Source: an uncultured Oscillospiraceae bacterium (lineage in GTDB: Bacteria; Bacillota; Clostridia; Oscillospirales; Ruminococcaceae). Taken from it: 64,000 nt of DNA. Under the pieces are notes generated by a model. It was not told the DNA's origin, did no database searches, and worked only from the letters and a program-made list of their open reading frames with translations. Positions within the stretch are counted from its first letter, which is position 1. Each line of letters opens with the position of its first letter. Made by a program: the position numbers and the translations under genes. Positions 18,925 to 28,542 of this stretch are shown here, piece by piece. Location: assembly GCA_949743955.1 (NCBI GenBank), contig CATJVQ010000036.1, positions 8,433 to 72,432 of the forward strand, in the 5' to 3' direction.

Positions 18925-20010
18925 CTAAAACAGTTTCTGTTGTTCCGTCGTCTCCGCCGGAGCCTGAGCCGGCATCGGCAGGCCCAGGTGCTCGTATCCG
19001 CCGGGGGTGACGCACCGCCCGCGCGGCGTGCGCGCGAGGAAGCCTATCTGCATCAGATACGGTTCGTACACATCCTCAAGCGTGACTGCCTCCTCCCCGA
19101 CCGCAGCCGCCAGCGTCTCCAGCCCGACAGGCCCGCCCCCGTAGTGCTGGATGATGACGCGCAGCATCCGCCGGTCGATGTCGTCGAGCCCGAGGGGATC
19201 GATGTCCAGCTTGCTGAGCGCCTCCCGTGCCAGCGCGCTCGTAATCGTGCCGTCGCCGATGACCTGCGCAAAGTCGCGCACACGCTTTAAAAGGCGGTTG
19301 GCGATACGCGGTGTCCCGCGCGAACGGCGCGCAATCTCCAGTGCGCCGTCGTCCGCACACGAGATGTGAAGGATCCCCGCGCTCCGGCGGACAATTGTCG
19401 CCAGCTCCTCGGGGGTATACAGCTCCAGCCGCATCACGACACCGAAACGATCCCGCAGCGGGGCGGAGAGCTGCCCGGCCCTTGTCGTCGCGCCGATGAG
19501 CGTAAAGCGCGGCAGATCGATGCGGATCGACCGCGCCGACGGGCCCTTCCCGATCATGATGTCCAGTGCGTAGTCCTCCATCGCCGGATAGAGCACCTCC
19601 TCCACCGCGCGCGAAAGGCGGTGGATTTCGTCCACAAACAGGACATCCCCCTCGCCGAGATTGGTGAGGAGCGCTGCCAGATCGCCGGGCTTCTCTATGG
19701 CCGGGCCGGACGTGACACGCAGCTCCACGCCCATCTCGTGCGCGATGATGCCGGAGAGCGTCGTCTTCCCGAGGCCCGGGGGGCCGTAGAGGAGCACATG
19801 GTCGAGCGCCTCGCCGCGCTGGCGGGCCGCTTCAATGTAGACCGCCAGATGCTCCTTTGCCTTCTCCTGCCCGATGTATTCGCTGAGCGTCTGCGGGCGC
19901 AGCGTCAGTTCGACAGCGCTGTCCTCCTCCGTTTCGGCGCCCGTCATCAGCCGGCTCTCAAAATCAATGCCCGCTTCGTCAAACTCCACGCCCTTCGCGT
20001 TCCCCGCCAT
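18925..20010 (-). CDS. ruvB: Holliday junction branch migration helicase RuvB
   Basis: [32 protein letters not shown]. Confidence 0.97.
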   Translation of the reverse strand: MAGNAKGVEFDEAGIDFESRLMTGAETEEDSAVELTLRPQTLSEYIGQEKAKEHLAVYIEAARQRGEALDHVLLYGPPGLGKTTLSGIIAHEMGVELRVTSGPAIEKPGDLAALLTNLGEGDVLFVDEIHRLSRAVEEVLYPAMEDYALDIMIGKGPSARSIRIDLPRFTLIGATTRAGQLSAPLRDRFGVVMRLELYTPEELATIVRRSAGILHISCADDGALEIARRSRGTPRIANRLLKRVRDFAQVIGDGTITSALAREALSKLDIDPLGLDDIDRRMLRVIIQHYGGGPVGLETLAAAVGEEAVTLEDVYEPYLMQIGFLARTPRGRCVTPGGYEHLGLPMPAQAPAETTEQQKLF

Positions 20011-20037
20011 CGGGACACCCCCCTTCCGTTATTTCTG

Positions 20038-20649
20038 CTATTTCTGCCCGCCGAGCTGCCGCAGAGCGCCCTTGATGAGCTCCTGCACGGGCGCGTCCGG
20101 ATTCTTCTGCTTTGAGACTGCCGCCGCCGCCTCGCTCGGGCCGTACCCAAGCGCCACGAGCGCGCTGACCGCCTCGCCCGCGTTCGACTCCTCCCCGGAC
20201 GGGATCGGCGCCCCGCCGGACGGGGAGAGGCCGGAGGCCAGCTCGTCGCTGCCAATTTTATCCCCCAATTCGAGCACAATGCGCCCGGCCAGCTTCGGCC
20301 CCACGCCGGGCGCCTGCGTGATGGCTTTCGCGTCCTTCGCCGCGACGGCGAGCATCAGTCTGTCCGGCGGCAGCTCGGAGAGAATCGCCACCGCCGCCTT
20401 CGGCCCGACACCTGTCACCCCCGTCAGAAGCCGGAAGAGGCGCAGCTCCTGCTGGCTCATAAAGCCGAAGAGCTCCACCGCGTCCTCACGGACACTCAGG
20501 TGTGTGAAAATCTTCACTTCTTCCCCTGCCCGCGGCAGCTTTCCGAGCGTGTAGGCCGAGGTGCGCACACCGTAACCCACCCCGGCGCATTCCACCACGA
20601 TGAAATTCTGCTCCACGAGCGCGAGTATACCCCGCAGGGAATAAATCAT
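20038..20649 (-). CDS. ruvA: Holliday junction DNA-binding protein RuvA
   Basis: GVGYGV, HLSVRED..LFGF, GVGPK HhH motifs, ALVALGY. Confidence 0.96.
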   Translation of the reverse strand: MIYSLRGILALVEQNFIVVECAGVGYGVRTSAYTLGKLPRAGEEVKIFTHLSVREDAVELFGFMSQQELRLFRLLTGVTGVGPKAAVAILSELPPDRLMLAVAAKDAKAITQAPGVGPKLAGRIVLELGDKIGSDELASGLSPSGGAPIPSGEESNAGEAVSALVALGYGPSEAAAAVSKQKNPDAPVQELIKGALRQLGGQK

Positions 20650-21176
20650 CTTCTCATCCCCGCTTTCTGTGCCTTCTGCGCTTTTTGTAATAGATTGTTT
20701 AAGGAGCTCCCCGCACAGTGTGCGTGGCAGATGGCTATCGCCAGCGCGTCGGCCGTGTCATCGGGGCGCGGGATTTCCGGTAGCGAGAGCATCCGCTGGG
20801 TCATGGACATGACCTGATGTTTTTCCGCCTTGCCGTATCCCACCACCGCCTGCTTGACCTGCATGGGTGTGTATTCGTAGACAGGCACGCCCGCGAGTGC
20901 CGCTGTCAGGAGGATGACGCCGCGCGCCTGCGCGACATCAATACCGGTTGTCTTATTACCGCCGAAATAGAGCTTCTCCACTGACATCGCCTGCGGCTGA
21001 TTCTTTGCGATCAGCGCCGTCATCTCCTGATAGATCTGCCGCAGACGTATCTCAAAATCCTCGCCGGCCGGCGTACAGATAGCGCCGTATTCCACCGTGC
21101 GAAACCGCGTACCGCTGTAATCAATCACCCCATAGCCCACGATGGCATAGCCCGGGTCTATTCCCAAAATACGCAA
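20646..21176 (-). CDS. ruvC: Crossover junction endodeoxyribonuclease RuvC
   Basis: ILGIDPG, SVEKLYF, QARGV, DDTADALAIA. Confidence 0.96.
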   Translation of the reverse strand: MRILGIDPGYAIVGYGVIDYSGTRFRTVEYGAICTPAGEDFEIRLRQIYQEMTALIAKNQPQAMSVEKLYFGGNKTTGIDVAQARGVILLTAALAGVPVYEYTPMQVKQAVVGYGKAEKHQVMSMTQRMLSLPEIPRPDDTADALAIAICHAHCAGSSLNNLLQKAQKAQKAGMRR

Positions 21177-21260
21177 ATGCGCTTACCCCTTATTCTTCCG
21201 TCCGTATGAATCCAATATCGCGGCCACCCCTGCAATCTGCAGGGCGGCCAAAAAATCAGA

Positions 21261-21288
21261 CTATAATAGCCGCTTGCGGCTATTATAG
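21261..21288. repeat. Perfect palindrome with 13-bp arms upstream of ruvC
   Basis: CTATAATAGCCGC-TT-GCGGCTATTATAG; TATAAT on both strands. Confidence 0.85.
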
Positions 21289-21442
21289 CATAACCGGCGA
21301 GGGCATCACAAGTGCGAACCGGGCGAAAAATCAAATGGGACACAAACGTTCACACATTGTTCAAAACCCACAGCTTATCCCACATAGTTTTAGTTCTTTG
21401 GACAAAATTAAATAGTCAGTATAAAAATGATGTAAAAAAATC

Positions 21443-21471
21443 TTGCATTTTCCCTGCCGCTGCGCTATAAT
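21443..21471 (+). promoter_or_regulatory. Sigma-A-type promoter of the ABC-2 exporter operon
   Basis: TTGCAT-17 bp-TATAAT preceded by an A-rich UP-like tract. Confidence 0.75.
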
Positions 21472-21557
21472 CAGCCTTGTTTTCCGGAGGAATGTTCCGG
21501 AAAGACAATTCAATATAGGTTCCGTGAGCGCGTGAGCTTGCGGAGCCCGCCATTTGG

Positions 21558-21599
21558 CGCTGTCCTTGCAATAGTGAGGGCGGCGTTTTGTTTGTTTTG
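21558..21599 (+). terminator. Leader-region intrinsic terminator (attenuator candidate)
   Basis: 12-bp stem with G-U pairs CGCUGUCCUUGC/GUGAGGGCGGCG, 4-nt loop, then UUUUGUUUGUUUU; lies between the promoter and ATG 21627. Confidence 0.65.
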
Positions 21600-21626
21600 A
21601 AATCCAATTTTTAGGAGGTATTAAGA

Positions 21627-22424
21627 ATGATCGTCATGCAGGACGTGCGCAAGACCTTCCGGGTCACGCGGCGGAAAGCCGGGATGCGTGCCGCGCTGGG
21701 GAGCCTCTTTTCAAGGGAATACGACACTGTCCGCGCACTCGACGGTGTCTCCTTCACCATCCCCGACGGGGAAATCGTCGGCTACATCGGCCCGAACGGC
21801 GCGGGCAAGAGCAGCACCATCAAGGTACTCTGCGGCATCCTTACTCCGGACAGCGGTGTCTGTACTGTCGACGGACTGTGCCCCTGGCGGGATCGGCGCA
21901 GGCATGTCGGGCGCATCGGGGTGGTGTTCGGGCAGCGATCCCAGCTCTGGTGGGATGTCCCCGTGGGCGACTCGTTTGAACTCCTGCGCGATATTTACAG
22001 TGTCCCCGCCGATCGCTTTTCACGGACGAAAGCGGATCTGTGCGAGCTGCTGGATCTGGGGGATCTGCTGCGCACGCCCGCGCGCCAGCTCTCCCTCGGG
22101 CAGCGGATGCGGTGTGAGATCGCTGCGTCGCTCCTGCACGAACCGCGCGTCCTCTTCCTAGACGAACCCACCATCGGGCTCGACGCTGTCTCCAAGCTGG
22201 CCGTACGCGAGTTTATCCGCCGCCTGAGCCGCGAGAAGGGGACAACTGTCCTCTTAACGACGCACGACATGCAGGATATCGACGCGCTTGCCGGGCGCGT
22301 CCTCCTCCTCGGCCACGGACGCGTGCTGTACGACGGCACCCTCGCCGCGCTCCGCACACGCTTCGACGCCGGGCACACGCTCGATGAGATGGTCGTTTCT
22401 CTCTATCAGGAGTACCGGATATGA
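21627..22424 (+). CDS. ABC exporter ATP-binding subunit (DrrA-like)
   Basis: GPNGAGKSS, LSLGQRMR, LDEPTIGLD, TTHDM. Confidence 0.9.
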   Translation: MIVMQDVRKTFRVTRRKAGMRAALGSLFSREYDTVRALDGVSFTIPDGEIVGYIGPNGAGKSSTIKVLCGILTPDSGVCTVDGLCPWRDRRRHVGRIGVVFGQRSQLWWDVPVGDSFELLRDIYSVPADRFSRTKADLCELLDLGDLLRTPARQLSLGQRMRCEIAASLLHEPRVLFLDEPTIGLDAVSKLAVREFIRRLSREKGTTVLLTTHDMQDIDALAGRVLLLGHGRVLYDGTLAALRTRFDAGHTLDEMVVSLYQEYRI

Positions 22425-23224
22425 AAAAATACGTCTCCTTCTTCCGCATCCGGTTTCTGACAGGGCTCCAGTACCGCGCGGCGGCGTGGGCGGGCCTCTC
22501 CACGCAGTTTGTCTGGGGGACGATGCTCCTGCTCATGTTCCGCGCCTTCTACCGGGCCGATACCTCCGCCTTTCCGATGACCTTCGAGCAGCTCTCCAGC
22601 TATATCTGGCTTCAGCAGGCGCTGCTCGCGCTCTTCATCACCTGGAGCTTCGATGAGGATCTCTTTGAATCCATCCGTTCCGGGAGTGTGGCGTATGAGC
22701 TCTGCCGCCCGGCGGATCTCTTCGGCATGTGGATGTGCCGGACAGTGGCGACCCGCCTCTCGAGGACAGCGCTGCGCTGTCTGCCTGTCCTGATAGTAGC
22801 GGCGGTGCTGCCGCGGCCGTGGGGGATTTCCCCGCCCGCCTCCCCTCTGGCGCTGCTGGCCTTTCTGGTATCGGTGCTTCTGGGCCTGCTCGTCATTTCG
22901 GCCATGGGGATGCTCGTCTACGCGCTCACGTTTTACACGATTTCCCCCGTGGGGCTGCGGACGATCTTCGCCTCGGCCGCCGAATTCCTCTCTGGCGGAT
23001 TCATCCCCCTGCCCTTCCTGCCCGACAGCATCCGGCGCGTGGTGGATATGCTCCCCTTCGCCTCTGTGCAGAATACGCCGCTGCTCATCTACGGCGGATT
23101 CCTCTCCGGGCAGGAGGCGCTTTTCCGGATAGCCCTACAGGCCGCATGGGCGCTCGCCCTCATCCTCGCCGGACGCCTCATCCTACTGCGGGCGATACGG
23201 CACGTCGTTTTACAGGGAGGCTGA
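22421..23224 (+). CDS. ABC-2 family permease
   Basis: About six TM segments, I.SG.VAYEL.RP, LSGGFIPL; ATGA overlap. Confidence 0.85.
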   Translation: MKKYVSFFRIRFLTGLQYRAAAWAGLSTQFVWGTMLLLMFRAFYRADTSAFPMTFEQLSSYIWLQQALLALFITWSFDEDLFESIRSGSVAYELCRPADLFGMWMCRTVATRLSRTALRCLPVLIVAAVLPRPWGISPPASPLALLAFLVSVLLGLLVISAMGMLVYALTFYTISPVGLRTIFASAAEFLSGGFIPLPFLPDSIRRVVDMLPFASVQNTPLLIYGGFLSGQEALFRIALQAAWALALILAGRLILLRAIRHVVLQGG

Positions 23225-23228
23225 AAGC

Positions 23229-24014
23229 ATGTCCGTTTTCCGGCTCTATCTGCGCTACTTTTCTCTGCATCTGCGCTCCTCCATGCAGTATAAGACATCG
23301 TTTTTTCTCACTCTGTTCGGGCAGTTTATGTCCTCCTTTGCGATGTTCCTCTCCGTCTATTTCCTGATGAGCCGGTTTCACCGGGTGGAGGGGTTCTCCA
23401 TGGAGGAGGTCATGCTGTGCTTCGCGGTGGTGCTGATGTCCTTTACGCTCGCGGAGTGCTTCGCGCGTGGGTTCGACTCCTTCCCCGCCATGCTCGCAAA
23501 CGGCGAGTTCGACCGCATCCTCGCCCGGCCGCGCGGCGTCGTGATGCAGACACTTGCCTCCAAGCTGGCGCTCACCCGCCTCGGGCGGCTGATACAGACT
23601 GCCTTCGTCTTTGTCTGGGTTATCCCGAACTGCGGCGTCCGCTGGGATACCGCGCGTATCATCACGCTCATCCTCATGATAGCGGGAGGCGTCCTGTTCT
23701 TTTCCGGGATGTTCCTCCTCTCTGCGGGAATCTGCTTCTTTACCACCGAGAGCATCGAATTTATCAACATCTTCACCAACGGCGGGCAGCAGTTCGGCTC
23801 CTACCCCTTGAGCATCTACGGCGAGAGCGTCCTGCGGCTGACGACATTCATTGTCCCGCTGGCGTGCGTACAGTATTACCCGCTGCTGTTCCTGATTGGA
23901 AGAACGGAGAACCTCCTCTATGCGCTGTGCCCATTGGCGGCGGCGCTGTTCATCATACCCTGCTACGGTTTCTGGCGCTTTGGCCTGCGCCACTACCGTT
24001 CGACAGGCTCTTAA
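23229..24014 (+). CDS. ABC-2 family permease (DUF990-like)
   Basis: MQYKTSF, GEFDRILARP, YPLSIY, Y.STGS C-terminus. Confidence 0.85.
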   Translation: MSVFRLYLRYFSLHLRSSMQYKTSFFLTLFGQFMSSFAMFLSVYFLMSRFHRVEGFSMEEVMLCFAVVLMSFTLAECFARGFDSFPAMLANGEFDRILARPRGVVMQTLASKLALTRLGRLIQTAFVFVWVIPNCGVRWDTARIITLILMIAGGVLFFSGMFLLSAGICFFTTESIEFINIFTNGGQQFGSYPLSIYGESVLRLTTFIVPLACVQYYPLLFLIGRTENLLYALCPLAAALFIIPCYGFWRFGLRHYRSTGS

Positions 24015-24024
24015 CGCTATCCCC

Positions 24025-24063
24025 AAAGGGGGGATCGCCGCAGCAAACGGCGATCCCCCCTTT
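24025..24063. terminator. Bidirectional terminator
   Basis: 16-bp stem AAAGGGGGGATCGCCG/CGGCGATCCCCCCTTT. Confidence 0.85.
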
Positions 24064-24108
24064 TACATGTAAGCCGCTGTCCGGCATAACACCTAATCTA
24101 ATGCAACA

Positions 24109-24450
24109 CTATCCGGCATTATACAGATCACGGCAGCAGAGCCAGCGCGGATGCGCGAAATCCGGCCAGAAGCCGTCCCGGCACTCGGCGGGATACAGGG
24201 CCATACAGCCGTTTTCATCCGTGCACGGACGGCGGTTGGCGAGGATATCCTCCGCCGTCAGAACGGGGTAGAGCGGCGAACAGTCCGTCCCGGCGGCGGG
24301 GACAAAGTTTTCCGCGATTGCCGCCAGATTTTCTTCTGTCGAACACGGTGCGCTCTGGCATACGCCAGTCGGAGTCGATGTCAACATCCCACAGGACGGG
24401 GCCGCATTGCAGGTGGTCTCCGCCTGTGTACAACCACAGTTACAAGGCAC
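24109..24450 (-). CDS. Small Cys-rich protein (113 aa), spore coat/exosporium candidate
   Basis: GTG start at 24450 after GGGAGG; 13 Cys; sigma-K-like promoter upstream. Confidence 0.55.
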   Translation of the reverse strand: MPCNCGCTQAETTCNAAPSCGMLTSTPTGVCQSAPCSTEENLAAIAENFVPAAGTDCSPLYPVLTAEDILANRRPCTDENGCMALYPAECRDGFWPDFAHPRWLCCRDLYNAG

Positions 24451-24497
24451 TTTTTCTGCCTCCCTTTTTACCTTCGCTTTGAAAGCGCTCTCACGAC

Positions 24498-24524
24498 AGT
24501 ATATGAACGCCGTTCCAAATGGGT
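24498..24524 (-). promoter_or_regulatory. Sigma-K-like promoter
   Basis: AC-17 bp-CATATACT on the minus strand, about 50 bp before the Cys-rich gene. Confidence 0.45.
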
Positions 24525-24569
24525 TCGCCCCATGGCACTCATCCCGGCCGGCAGTTCCAGTGATTGGAC

Positions 24570-24598
24570 GTGACAAGCCGGGCGGACTGTGGTACAAT
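24570..24598 (+). promoter_or_regulatory. Sigma-A-type promoter of the polysaccharide modification operon
   Basis: GTGACA-17 bp-TACAAT with an extended -10 TG. Confidence 0.6.
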
Positions 24599-24651
24599 CG
24601 ACGTATTATCACTAAGGAATATCAGCCTGAGAGGGAAAGGGCGGTCTGCGG

Positions 24652-25797
24652 ATGAACAGAAACGATCTGGATGTCGGGATTCTCACCTTCCACTGTTCGG
24701 ATAATTTCGGCGCCATGCTCCAGGCATACGGCCTCAGGCAGGCGCTGCACAGCCATGGAATCCGGGCCGGTATCGTCCGCTACGAGCCGCCCTTCTTGAC
24801 CGGGCGGCACTGGTTCGCCCCCTATGTGCCGCCGCATGGGAACCGGGGATACCGCAGAAGCGCGGCGATCCTGTGCTTTCATACTCTGGCGCATCTGCGC
24901 GCCCCGCGGGAATTTTTCCTGCGGCGGCAGAATATGCGCCGCTTTCGAATGAAGTATCTCGTCGATAAAGCCAGCCCGCGGAGCCTGTTTCTCCCCGGGC
25001 TTTGGAGGCTCTCCTTCCGCTGTTACATCGTTGGGAGCGATCAGATCTGGAATCCGGAGATTACATGCGGACTGAGAAAAGCGTACTTCGGCGCGTTTAA
25101 AAATAAGAGAAAGGAACGTGTCGTCGCCTACGCGGCGAGCCTCGGCGGGACGAACCTCCCTTCGCAGTATGACCGCACATTTTCCAATCTTCTCCGGCAT
25201 CTGGATGCTGTCTCCGTCCGGGAGGAGGGGGCCACCTCCTACATCCGCCGGTTCTGGAAGGGAGATGTAACCGCTGTGCTGGATCCGGTATTCCTCCTCG
25301 GGAGCGGGGAGTGGGAAAAGATAGAGATTCCCCCTGCCCGGGAAAAATACATCCTCGTTTCCTGCACGGAGAGAAATCCTTCCCTGCTTCGCTGCGCACG
25401 GGAGCTCTCCCAGAGAACCGGCCTGCCGGTCGTCGAACTGAGAGACACTCCTCCGGAGGCGGACGCTCCGTTCTCCGCGGACTGCACTGCGGGACCAGCG
25501 GAATTCCTCGGCTATGTCCGCCGGGCGGACTATGTTCTCAGCAATTCCTTTCACGCCGCCGCATTCAGTATCATTTTTGAGAAACGATTCCTCGCCTTTG
25601 CGCACAGCAGCTTCAACGCCCGTCTCCAGTCCGTCCTGCGGATCCACGGGCTGGAGGGCCGGCTGTGTACGGGGGACACCGATCCCGCGGTTATCGACAC
25701 CCCCGTGGATTGGGAGGCTGTCCGGGAGAGGACACGTTCGGCTGTGGAAAAATCTGAGGCTTTCCTGTTTCAAAACGCCGCGGAGGGGATGCAATGA
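24652..25797 (+). CDS. Polysaccharide pyruvyl transferase family protein
   Basis: NFGAMLQAY, IVGSDQIWNP, VSVRE, DPVFLL, SNSFH. Confidence 0.9.
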   Translation: MNRNDLDVGILTFHCSDNFGAMLQAYGLRQALHSHGIRAGIVRYEPPFLTGRHWFAPYVPPHGNRGYRRSAAILCFHTLAHLRAPREFFLRRQNMRRFRMKYLVDKASPRSLFLPGLWRLSFRCYIVGSDQIWNPEITCGLRKAYFGAFKNKRKERVVAYAASLGGTNLPSQYDRTFSNLLRHLDAVSVREEGATSYIRRFWKGDVTAVLDPVFLLGSGEWEKIEIPPAREKYILVSCTERNPSLLRCARELSQRTGLPVVELRDTPPEADAPFSADCTAGPAEFLGYVRRADYVLSNSFHAAAFSIIFEKRFLAFAHSSFNARLQSVLRIHGLEGRLCTGDTDPAVIDTPVDWEAVRERTRSAVEKSEAFLFQNAAEGMQ

Positions 25798-26924
25798 AGC
25801 CGTATCGAGAGAAATCGTCCTGCTGCGGATGCGCCGCCTGTGCGGACGCCTGCCCCGTGGACGCGGTCAAAATGGTGATGGACGCAGAAGGGTTTTTCTA
25901 TCCCCGGATCGAAGCGTCCGTCTGCATCCACTGCGGCCGCTGTGAAGAGGTCTGCCCCATGGGGAAGAAGATTCCTCCGGCGCAGAACCTGTACTTCGGC
26001 GCACAGGCAAAGGCGGAGCGCACGGCCAGCTCCTCCGGCGGCCTGTTCCCCCTGCTGGCGGGATGCGTTTTCCGAAGACAGGGTGTCATCTATGGGGCCG
26101 CCTTCAATGAGCGGATGGAGCTCGTCCACCGGGAGGCGCGCACGCCGGCCGAATTGGATCCGCTCCGGCGGACCAAGTACGTGCAGAGCAGTCCGGCCGG
26201 AGTCTACCGCCGGATCCAGTCCGATCTGGAAGCAGGAAAATGGGTGCTGTTCTGCGGTACCCCCTGCCAGACGCACGCGCTCCTCCGGTTTCTCCGCAAG
26301 CCGTATCCAACCTTGATCACGGCGGATCTGGTGTGCTACGGTGTCCCCTCCCCCGGCCTGTGGCGGGGTTACATCCGCACGCTGGAGCGGCGGCACAGGG
26401 GGAAACTGACCGCGTTTTCCTTCCGGGACAAGCGAAGCCGCGATAACGGACACACCTGTTCCTATACTGTCGGCGGGCAGGAACATGCCGGAAGCCTTGC
26501 CGAAGATCTCTACTGCAATCTGTTCTTTCTGAATTATAGCCTCCGTCCGTCCTGCCATACCTGCCCATACTGCACAGTGGACAGGCAAAGCGACTTCACC
26601 CTCGGGGACTTCTGGGGAATCGAAAACGTCCGCCCGAAGATGGACGATGGAATGGGAACCTCCCTCGTCATCCTCCACACGGACCGGGCAAAGAGAATCT
26701 GGGAGGACGTCAAAGCGGAGACCGACTGGTTCCCGTGTGAGAAGGAAGACATCCTCCAGCCGCGGCTACGGGAACCGACCCCTGCTGCCCGGGGACGGGG
26801 ACTGCTTATGCTCCTGTACCGGATGCTGCCTGCCTCCGCCCTCTTCTTTCTGTGCGAGAAAGCGAAGAAAATCGTTAATATAACCAATATATATTGTCGA
26901 AAAAAGCAAAAAGCCATCGAATGA
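25794..26924 (+). CDS. Coenzyme F420 hydrogenase beta-subunit (FrhB/FdhB)-like 4Fe-4S protein of polysaccharide loci
   Basis: CCGCAACADACP and CIHCGRCEEVCP, SSSGG, KYVQS, GTPCQ, CYGVPSP, RPSCHTC. Confidence 0.88.
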   Translation: MKPYREKSSCCGCAACADACPVDAVKMVMDAEGFFYPRIEASVCIHCGRCEEVCPMGKKIPPAQNLYFGAQAKAERTASSSGGLFPLLAGCVFRRQGVIYGAAFNERMELVHREARTPAELDPLRRTKYVQSSPAGVYRRIQSDLEAGKWVLFCGTPCQTHALLRFLRKPYPTLITADLVCYGVPSPGLWRGYIRTLERRHRGKLTAFSFRDKRSRDNGHTCSYTVGGQEHAGSLAEDLYCNLFFLNYSLRPSCHTCPYCTVDRQSDFTLGDFWGIENVRPKMDDGMGTSLVILHTDRAKRIWEDVKAETDWFPCEKEDILQPRLREPTPAARGRGLLMLLYRMLPASALFFLCEKAKKIVNITNIYCRKKQKAIE

Positions 26925-27508
26925 TCCGCTTACAAGAAACGAAAACGCCGCCGGTTAAAAAACACAGAGTTTACGATTATCTCCTCCAACTGTGTCGGCA
27001 CATTTATTTACCAGGATCTTGGGCTGCAATACCGCACACCCACAGTGGGGCTCACCATCAGTATGCGGGATCTGGTGAAAATGGCCGCGAACCTGCCGGA
27101 ATATATGGAAAAGGATCTGGTAGAGGCTCCGGAGGAAGGGCCTTGTCCAGCCGGTCTGCTGGGGGATGTTCGTGTCAATTTTGTGCACTATAAGAATTTT
27201 GACGAAGGAAAGAAAAAATGGGATGAGCGAAAAAACGGATCCGCTGGGATCGTATTTTCATCATTGGTTCTGAAAAAGATGACTGCGACTATGGAGTTCT
27301 TCAGGCCTTTGAAAAACTCCCCTACCCCAAAGCGGTTCTCACACATGTCGAATACCCGGAGTTTTCCTCCGCTTTCCATATAAAAGGGTTTGGAGAAGGA
27401 AATCCCCTCGGGACACTGACAAATTTTAAGCCGCAGACATGGAGGAGACGGTATATGGATGAATTTGATTATGTCTCTTTTCTGAATGAAGGAGGGAAGC
27501 TGCTGTGA
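26921..27508 (+). pseudogene. DUF1919-family exopolysaccharide protein, two frameshifts
   Basis: Frame switching gives ..LKNTEFTIISSNCVGTFIYQDLG..PT..VHYKNF..W..RKKRIRWDRIF..FDYVSFLN; breaks near 26930 and in the A-run near 27230; start and stop overlap both neighbours. Confidence 0.75.
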
Positions 27509-28542
27509 ATCCTGCGCCTTTCCGAAGCAGTGTCGTCTCCTGCGTCACGCCGGTCTATAATGGGGAACACCATCTCTCCAACCTGCTGGATTCCCTTCTG
27601 GCGCAGAGTTATCCTCTCATGGAAATCATCTTGGTGGACGACGGCTCCACCGACAGGACACTCCGGGTCGCGCAGAGCTACCATGAGGCGTTCGCCGCAC
27701 GGGGATATACTTACCGCATTATACATGCCGAACACAAGAACGCTTCCGCCGCCATTAACAGTGGACTGCCCTGGGTGACGGGCGAATACCTGATTTGGCC
27801 GGATAGCGACGACATCCTCGCACCGGATTCCGTGGAAAAAAGAGTGACGTTTCTCCGGGAGAATCTCCATTATCAGTGTGTCCGATCTCTTTCCGCCTAT
27901 TTCGACGCGGAGACCGGCGCTCCTCGCCAAACGCCCGACGAACGGCAGGGCGACCTCTCCAAAGAGGATTTGTTCTGGGACGTGCTGGAATTTAAAACTT
28001 TCGTCTGCTGCGGGTGCTATATGCTGCGGACAGAAGCATTTTTCACCATCTATCCGCAGCGCCGGATTCCGGAATACGATGTGGGGCAGAATTTTCAGAT
28101 GCTGCTGCCATTTCTGTACCGCCACCTCTGCCCCACCCTCCGGGATACGCTGTACCGTGTCTGTGTCCGGGAGGGGAGCCATTCCCGGGCGCCTCTCTCA
28201 CAGGCGGGGGAGAAAAAGAAGTATGACGATTATGAGCGGCTGATCGACGACATCACCGCTATCTGCCGCATTGAAGATAAAGCGTCAAAAAAACGCATCG
28301 TGTGCTGGAAAGCGAGGCGGCGGTATATTCTCTCAATGAAATACGGCAACAAAAAAGAAGCCCTCCGCGCACTGTACCGGCTGTGCCGCTGCGGAGGACT
28401 CCATAGCGGGGAAATATTTCAGTTTTTTCTGCGGCATTTATCTCTTTTTTTCCGAACGCGCAGCAATCCACCGGCTGATAAGACTGATAACGTGACAGCA
28501 CCGAAAACGAAAAAGAACAACAATGACACGTTCCTGCCATGA
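27505..28542 (+). CDS. Glycosyltransferase family 2
   Basis: VTPVYNGE, VDDGSTD, WPDSDD; 3' end runs 105 bp antisense into the next gene. Confidence 0.85.
   Translation: MNPAPFRSSVVSCVTPVYNGEHHLSNLLDSLLAQSYPLMEIILVDDGSTDRTLRVAQSYHEAFAARGYTYRIIHAEHKNASAAINSGLPWVTGEYLIWPDSDDILAPDSVEKRVTFLRENLHYQCVRSLSAYFDAETGAPRQTPDERQGDLSKEDLFWDVLEFKTFVCCGCYMLRTEAFFTIYPQRRIPEYDVGQNFQMLLPFLYRHLCPTLRDTLYRVCVREGSHSRAPLSQAGEKKKYDDYERLIDDITAICRIEDKASKKRIVCWKARRRYILSMKYGNKKEALRALYRLCRCGGLHSGEIFQFFLRHLSLFFRTRSNPPADKTDNVTAPKTKKNNNDTFLP

Noticed and set aside
24622-25794. 390-aa minus-strand ORF
   Set aside because: Antisense to the pyruvyl transferase; no recognisable motif.
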